This document shows positions 49,683-59,710 of a stretch of DNA of 64,000 nt, one piece after another. This stretch comes from an uncultured virus (IMG/VR IMGVR_UViG_3300042945_002143) (taxonomy: Duplodnaviria > Heunggongvirae > Uroviricota > Caudoviricetes), in IMG/VR virus record IMGVR_UViG_3300042945_002143. One strand, 5' to 3'. Position 1 is the first letter of the stretch, and each line of letters opens with the position of its first letter. A model generated the notes under the pieces. That model was not told the origin of the DNA. It saw only the letters and a program-made list of their open reading frames with translations, and searched no databases. The position numbers and the translations under genes are program-made.

Positions 49683-51361
49683 TGGACAACCTATTCACAC
49701 TCATCAACGAAAAATATTATGTCGGTCACTATCTCCCCTACAATTCGGTGGGGGAGATTACTGATAGTATTCTTGTAGAACCATTTGGTTTGAAAAATAA
49801 ATATCATGCGAGAGAGTCTTTTGACGGTAAGCATTATGTTTATACATTTGATAAATCAGTTAATAACGATAAAGAGGAGTTTGAAAAAAATTATGGTAAT
49901 CCTCTTTGTGATGTAACTGTTTTTAGAAGTACTTTTGTTGTTGAGGAGAATGAAGATAAGGTTTGTTTAAAAGTATTCTATTGTGGAAAACACAGAAAGG
50001 CTGGAGAAGTATTTTTTCGTAAAAGTACCAAACTAAACTACATTACATTTAATAAGAAAACCAATATTTTTACGGTTGGTAAAAACACTGAATACCATAA
50101 GAAAAGAGGTAAGGGTAAAGGTAGTGTTGTTAGACGAAACTCATTCCCGATATCGTTAACTACAGATGGTTATCATTCATTTATGAATGGGTTAGATGAT
50201 ACCAAAACATATAATTTGGAAATTACCGAAGGTATTAATGTGTTTTTATCTAAAATTGGAGCAGAAAAAGTTTTAAACTACATTGAGTTACCGATGTCTT
50301 TATTTGGATGTTTGTTGGATAAACAAGGTGTTAAGAAACCTGACAATTGGAGAGGGTATTACAATGTATATCCAAAACCAATTAAAAAAGACTATAAGAA
50401 ATACGGATTTAAGATGGTTGATGCTTATATGAAATTAAACGATGTAAGTTCAGAGAAAATTAAAAAAGTATTACATAAAGTTCAAAATCCTTGTTTCAAA
50501 AGTATTAAAATGTTGATGGATGTCTTTGGTAGAGATTTTATTTTACAAAGACCTGAAGAAGAATTGTGTATTATTTTTAGTACTAAAACTGACGAATCAC
50601 CATTTCAACCTGTAAGACATTATTTTGAAAATTTCGGTAAAAGGGATATGAGTAATTCTTATCAGATTTACTTATTATCTAAAACCGACCATAATTTATC
50701 TACTCATACTTTTTATGACCACGTAAGATTTTTTGATATCATCTCAAGAAATGAGCCGGTTAAATGGATGTCTAAAACTTTAAAAGAATTTAATGCTGAA
50801 CATACTATTTGGTCGGACAAAGTTGACTTTTATATCACAGGAAGATACTCAAGACAATACTCTAATGAATTTGTTGAACGAGTATCAAAACCAATCATAA
50901 CAAGTGATAAAATTACATTTAACCCTATTGTATTACAAAGTAGTGAAGAATATGTTGATGAGTCAGTACACCAATCTAATTGTGTAAGAACTTATCAAGA
51001 TAGACCTTCATCATTAATTATATCACTTCGTAAAGAGAATGGTGATAGAGCGTCAATTGAATATAGACCTTCAATTGGTACGAATAATAAACAACCAGTT
51101 ATATTCAAACGAGTTCAGACACTTGGAAGATTTAATGGTTTATTGGATGATAGTTGGAATGATGCAATTTCTATATTGGATAATAGATTAAAAAGTATCT
51201 CTAATGAAGTGTGGGGTAATCCTGTTGCTGAGTTTGTTACTGGTGGTGGAAGAAAAGAGTATAACTTCATTTTTGATAAAAATGGACAACTTAACTGGGA
51301 ACATTTAACAAATTCAATTGACATCGGAGACGACTTACCTTACATTGACTTTGAATGGTAA
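49682..51361 (+). CDS. PcfJ-like domain protein
   Basis: C-terminal EEYVDESVHQSNCVRTY...IISLR...SIEY...VQTLGRFN. Confidence 0.7.
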   Translation: MDNLFTLINEKYYVGHYLPYNSVGEITDSILVEPFGLKNKYHARESFDGKHYVYTFDKSVNNDKEEFEKNYGNPLCDVTVFRSTFVVEENEDKVCLKVFYCGKHRKAGEVFFRKSTKLNYITFNKKTNIFTVGKNTEYHKKRGKGKGSVVRRNSFPISLTTDGYHSFMNGLDDTKTYNLEITEGINVFLSKIGAEKVLNYIELPMSLFGCLLDKQGVKKPDNWRGYYNVYPKPIKKDYKKYGFKMVDAYMKLNDVSSEKIKKVLHKVQNPCFKSIKMLMDVFGRDFILQRPEEELCIIFSTKTDESPFQPVRHYFENFGKRDMSNSYQIYLLSKTDHNLSTHTFYDHVRFFDIISRNEPVKWMSKTLKEFNAEHTIWSDKVDFYITGRYSRQYSNEFVERVSKPIITSDKITFNPIVLQSSEEYVDESVHQSNCVRTYQDRPSSLIISLRKENGDRASIEYRPSIGTNNKQPVIFKRVQTLGRFNGLLDDSWNDAISILDNRLKSISNEVWGNPVAEFVTGGGRKEYNFIFDKNGQLNWEHLTNSIDIGDDLPYIDFEW

Positions 51362-51696
51362 ACGAAAAAAAGATATTTCTATTTGAGGATAGATTGTTGG
51401 ATAAAGAAGGACTTTTATCAATTCTTCAGTTATCTGATGGGCACAATCTTTTACCTAATGATTTTTTAAAAAGAGATAACATAGAAAAAGTTTTTATCAA
51501 CTCAATCATGTATAGTGATGGTGAGGTTTATTCCGACTTAATATGTAAACTACCTAATGGTAGTTTTATTTATTTATCTAAAGCAGATGGGGTTGAGTAT
51601 AAAGTAAAATTATATTATAACGCTGACAAGTTGAGTGAGGTTAAGTTCTTCTTAACTCAACTTTTGAAACAAAAAAAGGAAAGTAAAAGTTTGTAA
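51355..51696 (+). CDS. Hypothetical protein
   Basis: 113-aa ORF. Confidence 0.65.
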   Translation: MVNEKKIFLFEDRLLDKEGLLSILQLSDGHNLLPNDFLKRDNIEKVFINSIMYSDGEVYSDLICKLPNGSFIYLSKADGVEYKVKLYYNADKLSEVKFFLTQLLKQKKESKSL

Positions 51697-51736
51697 TTTA
51701 CGCTCTTTGGTGATATTTATAGATATAGTATTTAAA

Positions 51737-52399
51737 ATGTCTGATAATTGTAAAATATATAAAATTACTAATATGTCCAATGGACTAAATTATGTTGGGT
51801 GTACTATTGGTAAAATGGAAGAAAGGTTCAAAGAACATGTTTATCGTTGTTTTAGTAGTAACAATAATTCAAAATTATATAATTCAATGAGAAAATATGG
51901 TAAAGAAAATTTTATCATAACTTTGATTGAAGAATGTGAAATGGAAACTATGTATGATAGAGAAAAATATTACATAAAAGAATATGATACATTTAAAAAT
52001 GGACTTAATTCTACTATAGGTGGTGATGGTTGTTTAGGGTATACTCATTCTGAAGAAATTAGAAAAAAAATATCAGAAAATACTAAAAATGGAAATTCAC
52101 ATAAAGGTAAAACATATGATGTGTTATATGGTGAAAATGCTGAATTTGAAAAACTGAAAAGAAAAACATCGGTAAAAAAAAGTTGGGATAAATTAACTGA
52201 ACAGGATAAACATAAAAGAATGAAAAATATGTTAGAAAAAGTTAGAAATAATTCCAAAGTGGGTATTGAAACCATAAAACAAATTAAAGAAGAAATAAAC
52301 AAAGGTTTGACAAATAAAGAACTAAAAGAAAAATATCCTGAAATAAGATATAATTTATTTAGTGAATTACGAAATAATCGTAGGTGGAAAAATATTTAA
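51737..52399 (+). CDS. Free-standing GIY-YIG homing endonuclease
   Basis: KIYKITN...NYVG, RFKEH, REKYYI, GLNSTIGGDG, NUMOD3-like HSEEIRKKIS. Confidence 0.85.
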   Translation: MSDNCKIYKITNMSNGLNYVGCTIGKMEERFKEHVYRCFSSNNNSKLYNSMRKYGKENFIITLIEECEMETMYDREKYYIKEYDTFKNGLNSTIGGDGCLGYTHSEEIRKKISENTKNGNSHKGKTYDVLYGENAEFEKLKRKTSVKKSWDKLTEQDKHKRMKNMLEKVRNNSKVGIETIKQIKEEINKGLTNKELKEKYPEIRYNLFSELRNNRRWKNI

Positions 52400-52403
52400 T
52401 AAT

Positions 52404-52709
52404 ATGGAAAAAATAAATTCAATACAAATTAAAGAAAAATTAGATAAAAATGAAACGTTTTTATTAAAAATGTTTGCGGTCTGGTGTTTACCGTGCCGTC
52501 AACTAACAGAAGAATTAAATAAAATCAGAACTGATATACCAATCTATGAGTTTGATGTTGAAAGTGATATTGATTTCTCAAAGAAATTAGGTGTTAGAAA
52601 TGTTCCAGTTTTAAAGTTTTATAAAGAAGGTGTTGATACTCATACTATGGTCGGATTAAAACCAGCTCAGACCGTATCTTCATTAATCCTTGAATATATT
52701 GAAAACTAA
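52404..52709 (+). CDS. Thioredoxin
   Basis: WCLPC active site; GVRNVP. Confidence 0.85.
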   Translation: MEKINSIQIKEKLDKNETFLLKMFAVWCLPCRQLTEELNKIRTDIPIYEFDVESDIDFSKKLGVRNVPVLKFYKEGVDTHTMVGLKPAQTVSSLILEYIEN

Positions 52710-52981
52710 TGGCTAATTTATTGGTTGCGTATACAATGAAAGGATGTCATTGGTGTGTGGAGTTCAAAAAACAACTTAAAGAAAATAAGATTAAGTTTAA
52801 GGAGCGAGACATTGAAAAATACGAAGAGGAGTATAACCTTTTTGTTGAAGTTACTGGTAACGATTTTGTTCCGGCATTTATGATTGTGGATACTGTGACA
52901 GAAGATGCTAAGTTATTTGCTCCCGACAGAGATTTCCAAGATATAAACGAAGCTGTTGGAATTATCAAAAATATTTTGTAG
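52709..52981 (+). CDS. Glutaredoxin-like protein
   Basis: YTMKGCHWC, FVPAF. Confidence 0.75.
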   Translation: MANLLVAYTMKGCHWCVEFKKQLKENKIKFKERDIEKYEEEYNLFVEVTGNDFVPAFMIVDTVTEDAKLFAPDRDFQDINEAVGIIKNIL

Positions 52982-52990
52982 TTTTGTTCC

Positions 52991-53518
52991 ATGAAGGAAC
53001 TAACATTTAAAAAGAAAGGGGTAGTTCATACCCCTTTGACATTTTGGCAAGTTGACCCAACATCGAAGATTGCTATCTACCAAGGTGGAAGAGGGGCTCG
53101 TCCTGATTTGGATTTTATTGTAAAACATAAGGAAGAAGGTAAGAGATTACGGACACCATCACATACACATTGGATTGTTGATTTGATTGCTAAGAAACAA
53201 TGTGCTCCGAATGTTATTAAAGGGTTTATTGATGACCTGATAAAAATATATGATGAAACCGAACCATTTAATTGTGTAACATCAAGAGATACCTACAAGT
53301 TACAGTATGTTAATAAACTTACACCAAAGTATCTTGAGTTACAAGGATGTGGTTATTATTCTATTGAAGTTTTAATTTCGTTTATTGAGTTGTTTTCCAA
53401 GTGTGAAAAACAAACACCAGGGGCGTTCATGTTTAGAAACCTATTGGTGATGGTTAAGCAATATATTGATGGTGAGAGGGACTTCTACCAAATCGTTGGT
53501 TATTCTAAACGTGTTTAA
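52991..53518 (+). CDS. Hypothetical protein
   Basis: TAGTTTTG 4 nt upstream; 175 aa. Confidence 0.7.
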   Translation: MKELTFKKKGVVHTPLTFWQVDPTSKIAIYQGGRGARPDLDFIVKHKEEGKRLRTPSHTHWIVDLIAKKQCAPNVIKGFIDDLIKIYDETEPFNCVTSRDTYKLQYVNKLTPKYLELQGCGYYSIEVLISFIELFSKCEKQTPGAFMFRNLLVMVKQYIDGERDFYQIVGYSKRV

Positions 53519-54141
53519 ATAACGTTCAGGAACAATTTAGAAGGTAGTTGGTAGTCATCTGATACCTTACCTTCAAAGTTGTCGTTTAATATCGATAGGA
53601 TAAGTTCTGAACTATAGTAACTATCTGATTTTACCTTTGTGAATTTCAGGTTACCTTCATTACTTTCAAATTCCAATTTAATGTTTCTGAACTTAAAGTA
53701 CGGTTGTGATTTCTCCGAGATTTTATAAAGGTAAGAATAAAGATTACCTAAATAGTTTTTAGAATAACCGTGAGGGAATGTTGATTGTATGGTTATTGAT
53801 GATAGATTGTTTGTTGTGAAAGTTTCAGGATATTCAAATACGAATTTTGTATCCTCAAAGTTTGTGTCTTTGGTATCATAATCTATGATGTCCAATGTTT
53901 TAAGATTAAGAGCTGTTAAATCAGAATAGTTATTTTGTTCTTGTTCTATGAACTTATCTGTCAGATTGTAACATCCATATATTTTTGGATTCTTTGTATA
54001 ACCTTTGATAATAAATAAACTATTACAATCAACAACTGATAGTTTTGTTTTATAAGTGTTATTATCACTTATTTCTTGACATAAGAAATCTGCGAACTTA
54101 TTAACAAATTCCTGATTTAAAATACAACTCTCTTTTTCCAT
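53515..54141 (-). CDS. Hypothetical protein (weak resemblance to the SAM synthetase N-terminal domain)
   Basis: NKFADFLCQEI...VVDCNSLFIIKGYT. Confidence 0.6.
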   Translation of the reverse strand: MEKESCILNQEFVNKFADFLCQEISDNNTYKTKLSVVDCNSLFIIKGYTKNPKIYGCYNLTDKFIEQEQNNYSDLTALNLKTLDIIDYDTKDTNFEDTKFVFEYPETFTTNNLSSITIQSTFPHGYSKNYLGNLYSYLYKISEKSQPYFKFRNIKLEFESNEGNLKFTKVKSDSYYSSELILSILNDNFEGKVSDDYQLPSKLFLNVI

Positions 54142-54182
54142 ATCCAATTTTAAAACTAAAATTTTAAAGGTTAAAGTCTAAA

Positions 54183-54278
54183 TTATTTTCTATTGTATTT
54201 AAAATATTCTTTTCTGTCTCGGATGACTAAAGAAACGTTAAAAAATAAAAATATTGGAATAAAAATTAAACTAATCAT
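54183..54278 (-). CDS. Putative 31-aa membrane micropeptide
   Basis: MISLIFIPIFLFFNVSLVIRDRKEYFKYNRK* fills an otherwise empty gap. Confidence 0.4.
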   Translation of the reverse strand: MISLIFIPIFLFFNVSLVIRDRKEYFKYNRK

Positions 54279-54348
54279 ACCAATATATAGGTATGAAATG
54301 TTGAAAGTGTGTTAAGGAATTATTAACAAATCTTGAATAAATTTGTTA

Positions 54349-55461
54349 TTAGAAATAACTATTAAACTCAATATTAAGACATTTTTTAACGTCACCTAAA
54401 TCGGGGTAGTCAGGAACTCTTCCAGAACTCAACCAATTTAAATCACCACTTTCAAATAAACTTTTAAGTAGGTTGATATAACCTCCGTAATAATTTAAAT
54501 TTTCATATGGGTTATTTACGTTACTTTCAAACCAAAGTTTAATATTATAATGAGCAGTTTTTGTGACTTCATATCTTACACCCCATCTTTCTGTTGATGT
54601 ACTTTTATTGTAGTCGTGTTTTTTGTATTTATACTCTTCTGATTTTTTACTATCAATAACCTCACCGACTAATTGTCCTATAAGTGAGTCATACAATTCG
54701 TTAGCGTAAACCGACCCATAACAATTTGAGTATAATGAATATAATTCACTTCTTATATCTAATCCTAAGTTCATTATAAAGTATTCAACGCAATCATTAT
54801 CTTGTAAAAGTTTAGTGATTATCTCTTCATTTAATTTTAAATTTGATTCATCACCTTGTTTTTTTGCTAAATCTTCTATTAATTCAGGAGTTATATAATC
54901 AATTGATAAATTACCAATTTTAAGTAAATCTTCTTTGATGTATCCTCTAATTTCTTCTTGATATTTTGGTTCTAGTTCTTCATAAACATCTTTGAATTCA
55001 TCACCTGTTACGTCATCATAAAAATAACCATCATAATCCCCATTTAATATTTCGGCAATTCTATCTTCACTAATATCGTTTCTACCACTACTAAAGAATT
55101 GTGCCAGTTCACCAGAATCTTCTAAATCAACATAATATTTCCCATCAATTTCAGTTATATCTGAAAATTCCATTTCCATCATCTTATAGATGTAATTTGG
55201 GTCTTTTTGTATTAATTGATAAATTATTTTATTTTGATAATCCGACCAGTCATCATTAAAAGGGTCAATGTAATGTGTTAAATTATATTTAATTATTAAC
55301 TCAAAAAATTTATCAAAACTACCCATAGCGTTTTCAATATCCTCTTCAGTAACATCTCCGTTTTGGAATAAAGTAATAAGTTTTATTAACTTATTTTGGA
55401 AACCTGTTAGTACGGGTTTTTCCTCTTCTTCGTTTAATTTTTTGAAAATTTTAAATTCCAT
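54349..55461 (-). CDS. Acidic hypothetical protein
   Basis: 370 aa; TATTTATA 3 nt upstream on the minus strand. Confidence 0.75.
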   Translation of the reverse strand: MEFKIFKKLNEEEEKPVLTGFQNKLIKLITLFQNGDVTEEDIENAMGSFDKFFELIIKYNLTHYIDPFNDDWSDYQNKIIYQLIQKDPNYIYKMMEMEFSDITEIDGKYYVDLEDSGELAQFFSSGRNDISEDRIAEILNGDYDGYFYDDVTGDEFKDVYEELEPKYQEEIRGYIKEDLLKIGNLSIDYITPELIEDLAKKQGDESNLKLNEEIITKLLQDNDCVEYFIMNLGLDIRSELYSLYSNCYGSVYANELYDSLIGQLVGEVIDSKKSEEYKYKKHDYNKSTSTERWGVRYEVTKTAHYNIKLWFESNVNNPYENLNYYGGYINLLKSLFESGDLNWLSSGRVPDYPDLGDVKKCLNIEFNSYF

Positions 55462-55473
55462 AATTATAAATAT

Positions 55474-55499
55474 AAAAAAAGGGGAAAAATTCCCCTTTT
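55474..55499. terminator. Intrinsic terminator
   Basis: AAAAGGGGAA-AAA-TTCCCCTTTT; the A run on + gives a U tail on the minus strand. Confidence 0.65.
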
Positions 55500-55523
55500 A
55501 GTTTTCTTATGTTGCGGGAAAAA

Positions 55524-55565
55524 TTATTTTCCACATCCGCAACCACCACCGTTGTTGTTTTTCAT
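55524..55565 (-). CDS. Putative 13-aa GCGC micropeptide
   Basis: MKNNNGGGCGCGK*; A-rich upstream context. Confidence 0.4.
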   Translation of the reverse strand: MKNNNGGGCGCGK

Positions 55566-55589
55566 TGTTTTTAATTTATTAGAGGTTTA

Positions 55590-55715
55590 TTACTTTTTCT
55601 TGTTTTTATTGTAGTACTTATCAATAGTACTTTGAACTGCGTTTTTAATACTCTCAGTTCTTAACTTTTTCACCTGTTCAGGTGAAGCGTTTTGTTTTTT
55701 ACATCCACATCCCAT
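55590..55715 (-). CDS. 41-aa basic protein with N-terminal MGCGC
   Basis: MGCGCKKQNASPEQVKKLRTESIKNAVQSTIDKYYNKNKKK*; TATTTATA upstream (55732-55739, minus). Confidence 0.6.
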   Translation of the reverse strand: MGCGCKKQNASPEQVKKLRTESIKNAVQSTIDKYYNKNKKK

Positions 55716-55805
55716 ATTGTTGGTATTTTATTATAAATATTTACCACATGTGATTTAATAGTAAATAATATAGTTATTTTAATATTTATTAATATAATTT
55801 TTATC

Positions 55806-57107
55806 ATGAGAGTTAATATAGATATATCACAAATACAAAGGGTTGTTCAGATGTTGGTTGAGGAAGAAGGACAAGAGAGTGTTGTTATAACACCTGAGCA
55901 ATATATTAATTTTTTAAAGTTTACTAATTATAACGGTAAATTGGTTCAAAATATGAAACAATTCAGAGGTAAACGAATTGTTATTGATGGTGATTTAAGT
56001 CTGAGAAATACGGATGCTAATAACATTACAAATATCACAGTTAATGGTGGTTTAGATTTATCATATACACTAGTTAATTCTATTGAGGGTCTTATATACA
56101 ATAATATTTCAACATATGGGACACCGTATCAAAAAATTCAAATCAAAAAACAAAGACAGATTGAATTAGCCAAACAAAACGATTTACGACAAGAGGACGA
56201 ATGGAATTTAGAAACTGCAACAAGTGATATTGCGATTACCGCAAATGTTTTATTTGAGTTTCTGACTTCATCTTCTGGTCTTTATGAAGCTAAAGAACCT
56301 AATCATGATGCTAGGTTACAACAACTTTACGCTGAAAAAGAAAGAATGGAAGAAATTGAAAGAAAAACGGAAGATAATGAAAATCTGATGGATTTAGAGG
56401 CGGTTGAAGAAGAAATTGAATACCTTGAACTAAGAATTGACGTATATAACTTGGTTTACGCCTACAAATATTATAATATGAGAGTTTTCTATGTGTTAAC
56501 TGGCGACTTAGAAGAATCAAAAGAAAGATGGGCGGTTGGTGATAATTACGACACCCACATGTCAGCGTATGAAAAAATTGATGAATTAATCGATGATATT
56601 GGAATAAAAGGTTTTAATCAAAGTTTTGTTGAAGATTATATTGATGTTGAAGAACTTAAGGAAACTTTCAGAGAAGATGAAGAAAGTAATGTTAGAGAAA
56701 ACCTTGAAGATTTTTTTAATGAGGAAGATTTTGAATATTCAGACCCAGCAGTTCAAGAAAGAATTGATGAGATTAATAAAATGTTGGAAGATTCTGAGAA
56801 CTTATCACAAGAACAATATGACGAATTAAATGAAGAGTTGGATGAATTAAAAGATAGTGATAAAACTATTCCTGAAGATTTAATTGAGGATAAGGTTGAA
56901 GATTTAGTTAATGATTTGGTTGATGACCCTATGACCACAATTCAAAATTATGGTTTGGAAATTGAGAATTATATAGACACACAAGGATTCAAAGAAGGAT
57001 TACTTCGTTCTGATGGTATCGGTCACACATTGAACACTTACGATGGTGAATACGATACTATTGAATTTAATGATGAAACATATTACATTTTACAAATAGA
57101 AGGGTAA
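55806..57107 (+). CDS. Highly acidic hypothetical protein
   Basis: 433 aa, Asp/Glu-rich; short VxGxLxL solenoid-like repeats near the N-terminus. Confidence 0.75.
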   Translation: MRVNIDISQIQRVVQMLVEEEGQESVVITPEQYINFLKFTNYNGKLVQNMKQFRGKRIVIDGDLSLRNTDANNITNITVNGGLDLSYTLVNSIEGLIYNNISTYGTPYQKIQIKKQRQIELAKQNDLRQEDEWNLETATSDIAITANVLFEFLTSSSGLYEAKEPNHDARLQQLYAEKERMEEIERKTEDNENLMDLEAVEEEIEYLELRIDVYNLVYAYKYYNMRVFYVLTGDLEESKERWAVGDNYDTHMSAYEKIDELIDDIGIKGFNQSFVEDYIDVEELKETFREDEESNVRENLEDFFNEEDFEYSDPAVQERIDEINKMLEDSENLSQEQYDELNEELDELKDSDKTIPEDLIEDKVEDLVNDLVDDPMTTIQNYGLEIENYIDTQGFKEGLLRSDGIGHTLNTYDGEYDTIEFNDETYYILQIEG

Positions 57108-57108
57108 A

Positions 57109-57870
57109 ATGGAAACCAAACCAAGAAAAAGAAGAACAAAAAAAAATAATCATTTCAGATTAACGACAGACTGGTTATTAACAGAACCAATTGACTACGA
57201 ACACAAATATTATATGTTGATGGACTTTTTAAAGTTCTGTGACGATAAGATTGAGAAGTTTGAGTTATACCCCTTATTTAGTGAAATGTCATTACACTTG
57301 GCTAATCTACAAGTGATGTCTTCGGAATTCAAATACATCATAGTTAACAAAAAATTTGAAGTCATTGATGATGAAATACTAATCAATGAACTTAAATTTA
57401 CACCAATCCCAAAGTTAGGTGATGATGAGTTGGAGGAACTAAATAAGGTTCTAAAATATGCCGGACCAAAGTTTTTTGAATACTTTAATGTCATCAAAGC
57501 TCTTTGGACATTAACATACGATTCAGTTTCAATCAAACATACCAACGAAAACAAGAAACAGGATTTAGAAAGAGGTTACTTTTTTACACTTAATGGGAAC
57601 AACAAAAGGATTTGGAAGTATACAACTGGTGGTATTGATACGGTTAAACACGACAGTAAATTTGCGGTTCAGTTAATATTTGATGGGGAAAGTAAAAAGG
57701 TAATCAGAACAATATTAAATGAATTAACTCAAGATATAAGTTTACCTATTTTTGAATTAATGTCTTCCAACGACCTACCATTTGAAAATACACTCCTACC
57801 AATCTTTAAAAGAAAGGTATTAAGTTACATAGTTCAGAAAAAAACAATTGTAAATCTAAAGAAAAATTAA
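57109..57870 (+). CDS. Hypothetical protein
   Basis: PIDYEHKYY motif; 253 aa. Confidence 0.75.
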   Translation: METKPRKRRTKKNNHFRLTTDWLLTEPIDYEHKYYMLMDFLKFCDDKIEKFELYPLFSEMSLHLANLQVMSSEFKYIIVNKKFEVIDDEILINELKFTPIPKLGDDELEELNKVLKYAGPKFFEYFNVIKALWTLTYDSVSIKHTNENKKQDLERGYFFTLNGNNKRIWKYTTGGIDTVKHDSKFAVQLIFDGESKKVIRTILNELTQDISLPIFELMSSNDLPFENTLLPIFKRKVLSYIVQKKTIVNLKKN

Positions 57871-57882
57871 TACTTTTGTAAT

Positions 57883-58044
57883 ATGGGATTCAACAAAAAA
57901 ATAATAGGGGAAGAACAAATTAAAAATTTAGAAAAAGATTTAACTATTATTAATCACTATCTCAAAGCTGATTCCATCATTTTCACAAATAACGACGTTG
58001 CTAAAAAATTTAAAGAGTATGAGAAACAATATAGACCTGAATGA
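57883..58044 (+). CDS. Small hypothetical protein (53 aa); absent from the ORF track
   Basis: MGFNKKIIGEEQIK...; TACTTTTG lies 4 nt upstream. Confidence 0.6.
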   Translation: MGFNKKIIGEEQIKNLEKDLTIINHYLKADSIIFTNNDVAKKFKEYEKQYRPE

Positions 58045-58219
58045 AGTTCTGTTAAGAAAACTTGAAAAACCAGTTCATATCAATTACATTTGTGATTATA
58101 TCCTACGAGTTGGAATCGATGAAACAAGAAAACGAATTGAAAAACTTGTAAGTGAGGGTATACTTGAAGAAAGTAAATATGGAAAAGAATATTATGTCAG
58201 AACAAAAAGAAATGGTTAA
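58019..58219 (+). CDS. Small winged-helix-like hypothetical protein
   Basis: PVHINYI...ETRKRIEKLVSEGILEES pattern. Confidence 0.5.
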   Translation: MRNNIDLNEVLLRKLEKPVHINYICDYILRVGIDETRKRIEKLVSEGILEESKYGKEYYVRTKRNG

Positions 58220-58421
58220 TCATCCATCACACTATGGTGGTGAGGATAATCCATATGAAGCAATCAAGGTCATTGATGCTTGGGGTTTAGATAAAGATTT
58301 TTATTTGGGTAATGCGGTCAAATACCTATCACGAGCTGGTAAGAAAGACAACGTAGTTCAGGACTTGAAGAAAGCGATATGGTATATTGAAAAAAAGATA
58401 GAAAAATTACAGAATGATTGA
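58194..58421 (+). CDS. DUF3310 family protein
   Basis: VNHPSHY...EAIKVI...FYLGNAVKYLSRAGKK...DLKKAIWYI. Confidence 0.85.
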   Translation: MSEQKEMVNHPSHYGGEDNPYEAIKVIDAWGLDKDFYLGNAVKYLSRAGKKDNVVQDLKKAIWYIEKKIEKLQND

Positions 58422-59271
58422 GAATTATATTAACAGAGTCCTGAATGGTGATACCATTGAGGTGATGAGTGAGATGCCTGAAGGTTGGGTTGACTTGATT
58501 GTAACATCACCACCTTATAATGTAGGTATCCAATACGACACACATAACGATGAGATTGTTATGGATGAATATTGGGTGTGGTCTGAAAAATGGTTAACGG
58601 AAGCGTATCGTTTACTTAAAGACGATGGAAGAATGGCTATTAACATACCATATGAAGTTAATGTACAAGCTCGTGGTGGTAGAGTATTCTTCGCTTCAGA
58701 ATTATATCAGGTAATGAAGAAAGTTGGGTTTAAGTTCTACGGTATTGTGGACCTTGAAGAAGACTCACCACATAGAAGTAAAACAACTGCTTGGGGTTCT
58801 TGGATGAGTCCATCCGCACCTTATATCTACAACCCAAAAGAATGTGTCATCTTGGCTTATAAAAAAGTTCATATCAAGAAGGTTAAAGGTGAACCACAAT
58901 GGAAGGGTGAACCTTATCTAACTGAAGAAGGAAAGAACAAAGTTGCTTATTCCGAACAAGATAAAAAAGAGTTTATGGAATTGGTATTTGGACAATGGAA
59001 ATACTTTGCCGATACTCGTTCATTAACAAAGGCAACGTTCTCTATGGATATTCCTGAAAAGGCAATTAAGATATTATCATATAGAAACGATGTAGTGTTA
59101 GACCCGTTCAATGGTTCAGGAACCAGTTGTGTAGCCGCAGTTGTTCATGATAGACGATGGGTTGGTATTGAATTGAGTGAAAAATATTGTGAAATTGCAA
59201 AACAACGAATACAAAGTTTTGTAGACCAAAAGAGTCAACAAAAATTAGAATTTGAAAATGGGGGTCAATGA
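58414..59271 (+). CDS. DNA methyltransferase, N4-C/N6-A beta class
   Basis: Catalytic VTSPPYN precedes SAM-binding VLDPFNGSGT. Confidence 0.88.
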   Translation: MIENYINRVLNGDTIEVMSEMPEGWVDLIVTSPPYNVGIQYDTHNDEIVMDEYWVWSEKWLTEAYRLLKDDGRMAINIPYEVNVQARGGRVFFASELYQVMKKVGFKFYGIVDLEEDSPHRSKTTAWGSWMSPSAPYIYNPKECVILAYKKVHIKKVKGEPQWKGEPYLTEEGKNKVAYSEQDKKEFMELVFGQWKYFADTRSLTKATFSMDIPEKAIKILSYRNDVVLDPFNGSGTSCVAAVVHDRRWVGIELSEKYCEIAKQRIQSFVDQKSQQKLEFENGGQ

Positions 59272-59282
59272 CCTCCATTTTT
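59255..59282 (+). terminator. Intrinsic terminator
   Basis: AAAATGGGGGTC-AAT-GACCTCCATTTTT. Confidence 0.7.
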
Positions 59283-59315
59283 CATTTATTGATATATTTA
59301 TTATAAAATATTGTT

Positions 59316-59687
59316 ATGAAAAATTCGGAAGTTGTTAAATTTTTATTAGAAACCCAAACTCAGTTCAGAGTGTTACACTGGCAAACAAAATCACTATCAA
59401 GACATAAGGCGTATGGTAAAACATATAGTTCACTTGATGATTTAATTGATAAGTTTGTTGAAGTTTGTATGGGTAAACACGGAAGACCTAGTTTTACAGG
59501 TGGTTATAGTTTAGGTGGTAGTGATATTGAAGAACTTGATTTAACTGGTTTTATTAATTCAGTATGTGAATATCTTATTGGACTTTCAGAAGTTTATGAC
59601 CCAAAGATGGACTCAGATTTATTAAACATTAGAGACGAAATGTTAGCGGAAATTAACAAGTTGAAATACTTGTTAACTTTAAAATAA
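59316..59687 (+). CDS. Ferritin/Dps-like four-helix protein (DUF5856-like)
   Basis: LHWQT...HKAYG..Y..LDDLIDKFVE, LLNIRDEML...KYLLTL. Confidence 0.7.
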   Translation: MKNSEVVKFLLETQTQFRVLHWQTKSLSRHKAYGKTYSSLDDLIDKFVEVCMGKHGRPSFTGGYSLGGSDIEELDLTGFINSVCEYLIGLSEVYDPKMDSDLLNIRDEMLAEINKLKYLLTLK

Positions 59688-59710
59688 GAGGTATATTACT
59701 TTTTTACTTT

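Noticed and set aside
51737..52399. Intron-encoded status of the GIY-YIG endonuclease
   Set aside because: Flanks are only ~40 and ~4 nt to intact neighbouring genes, leaving no room for an intron core.
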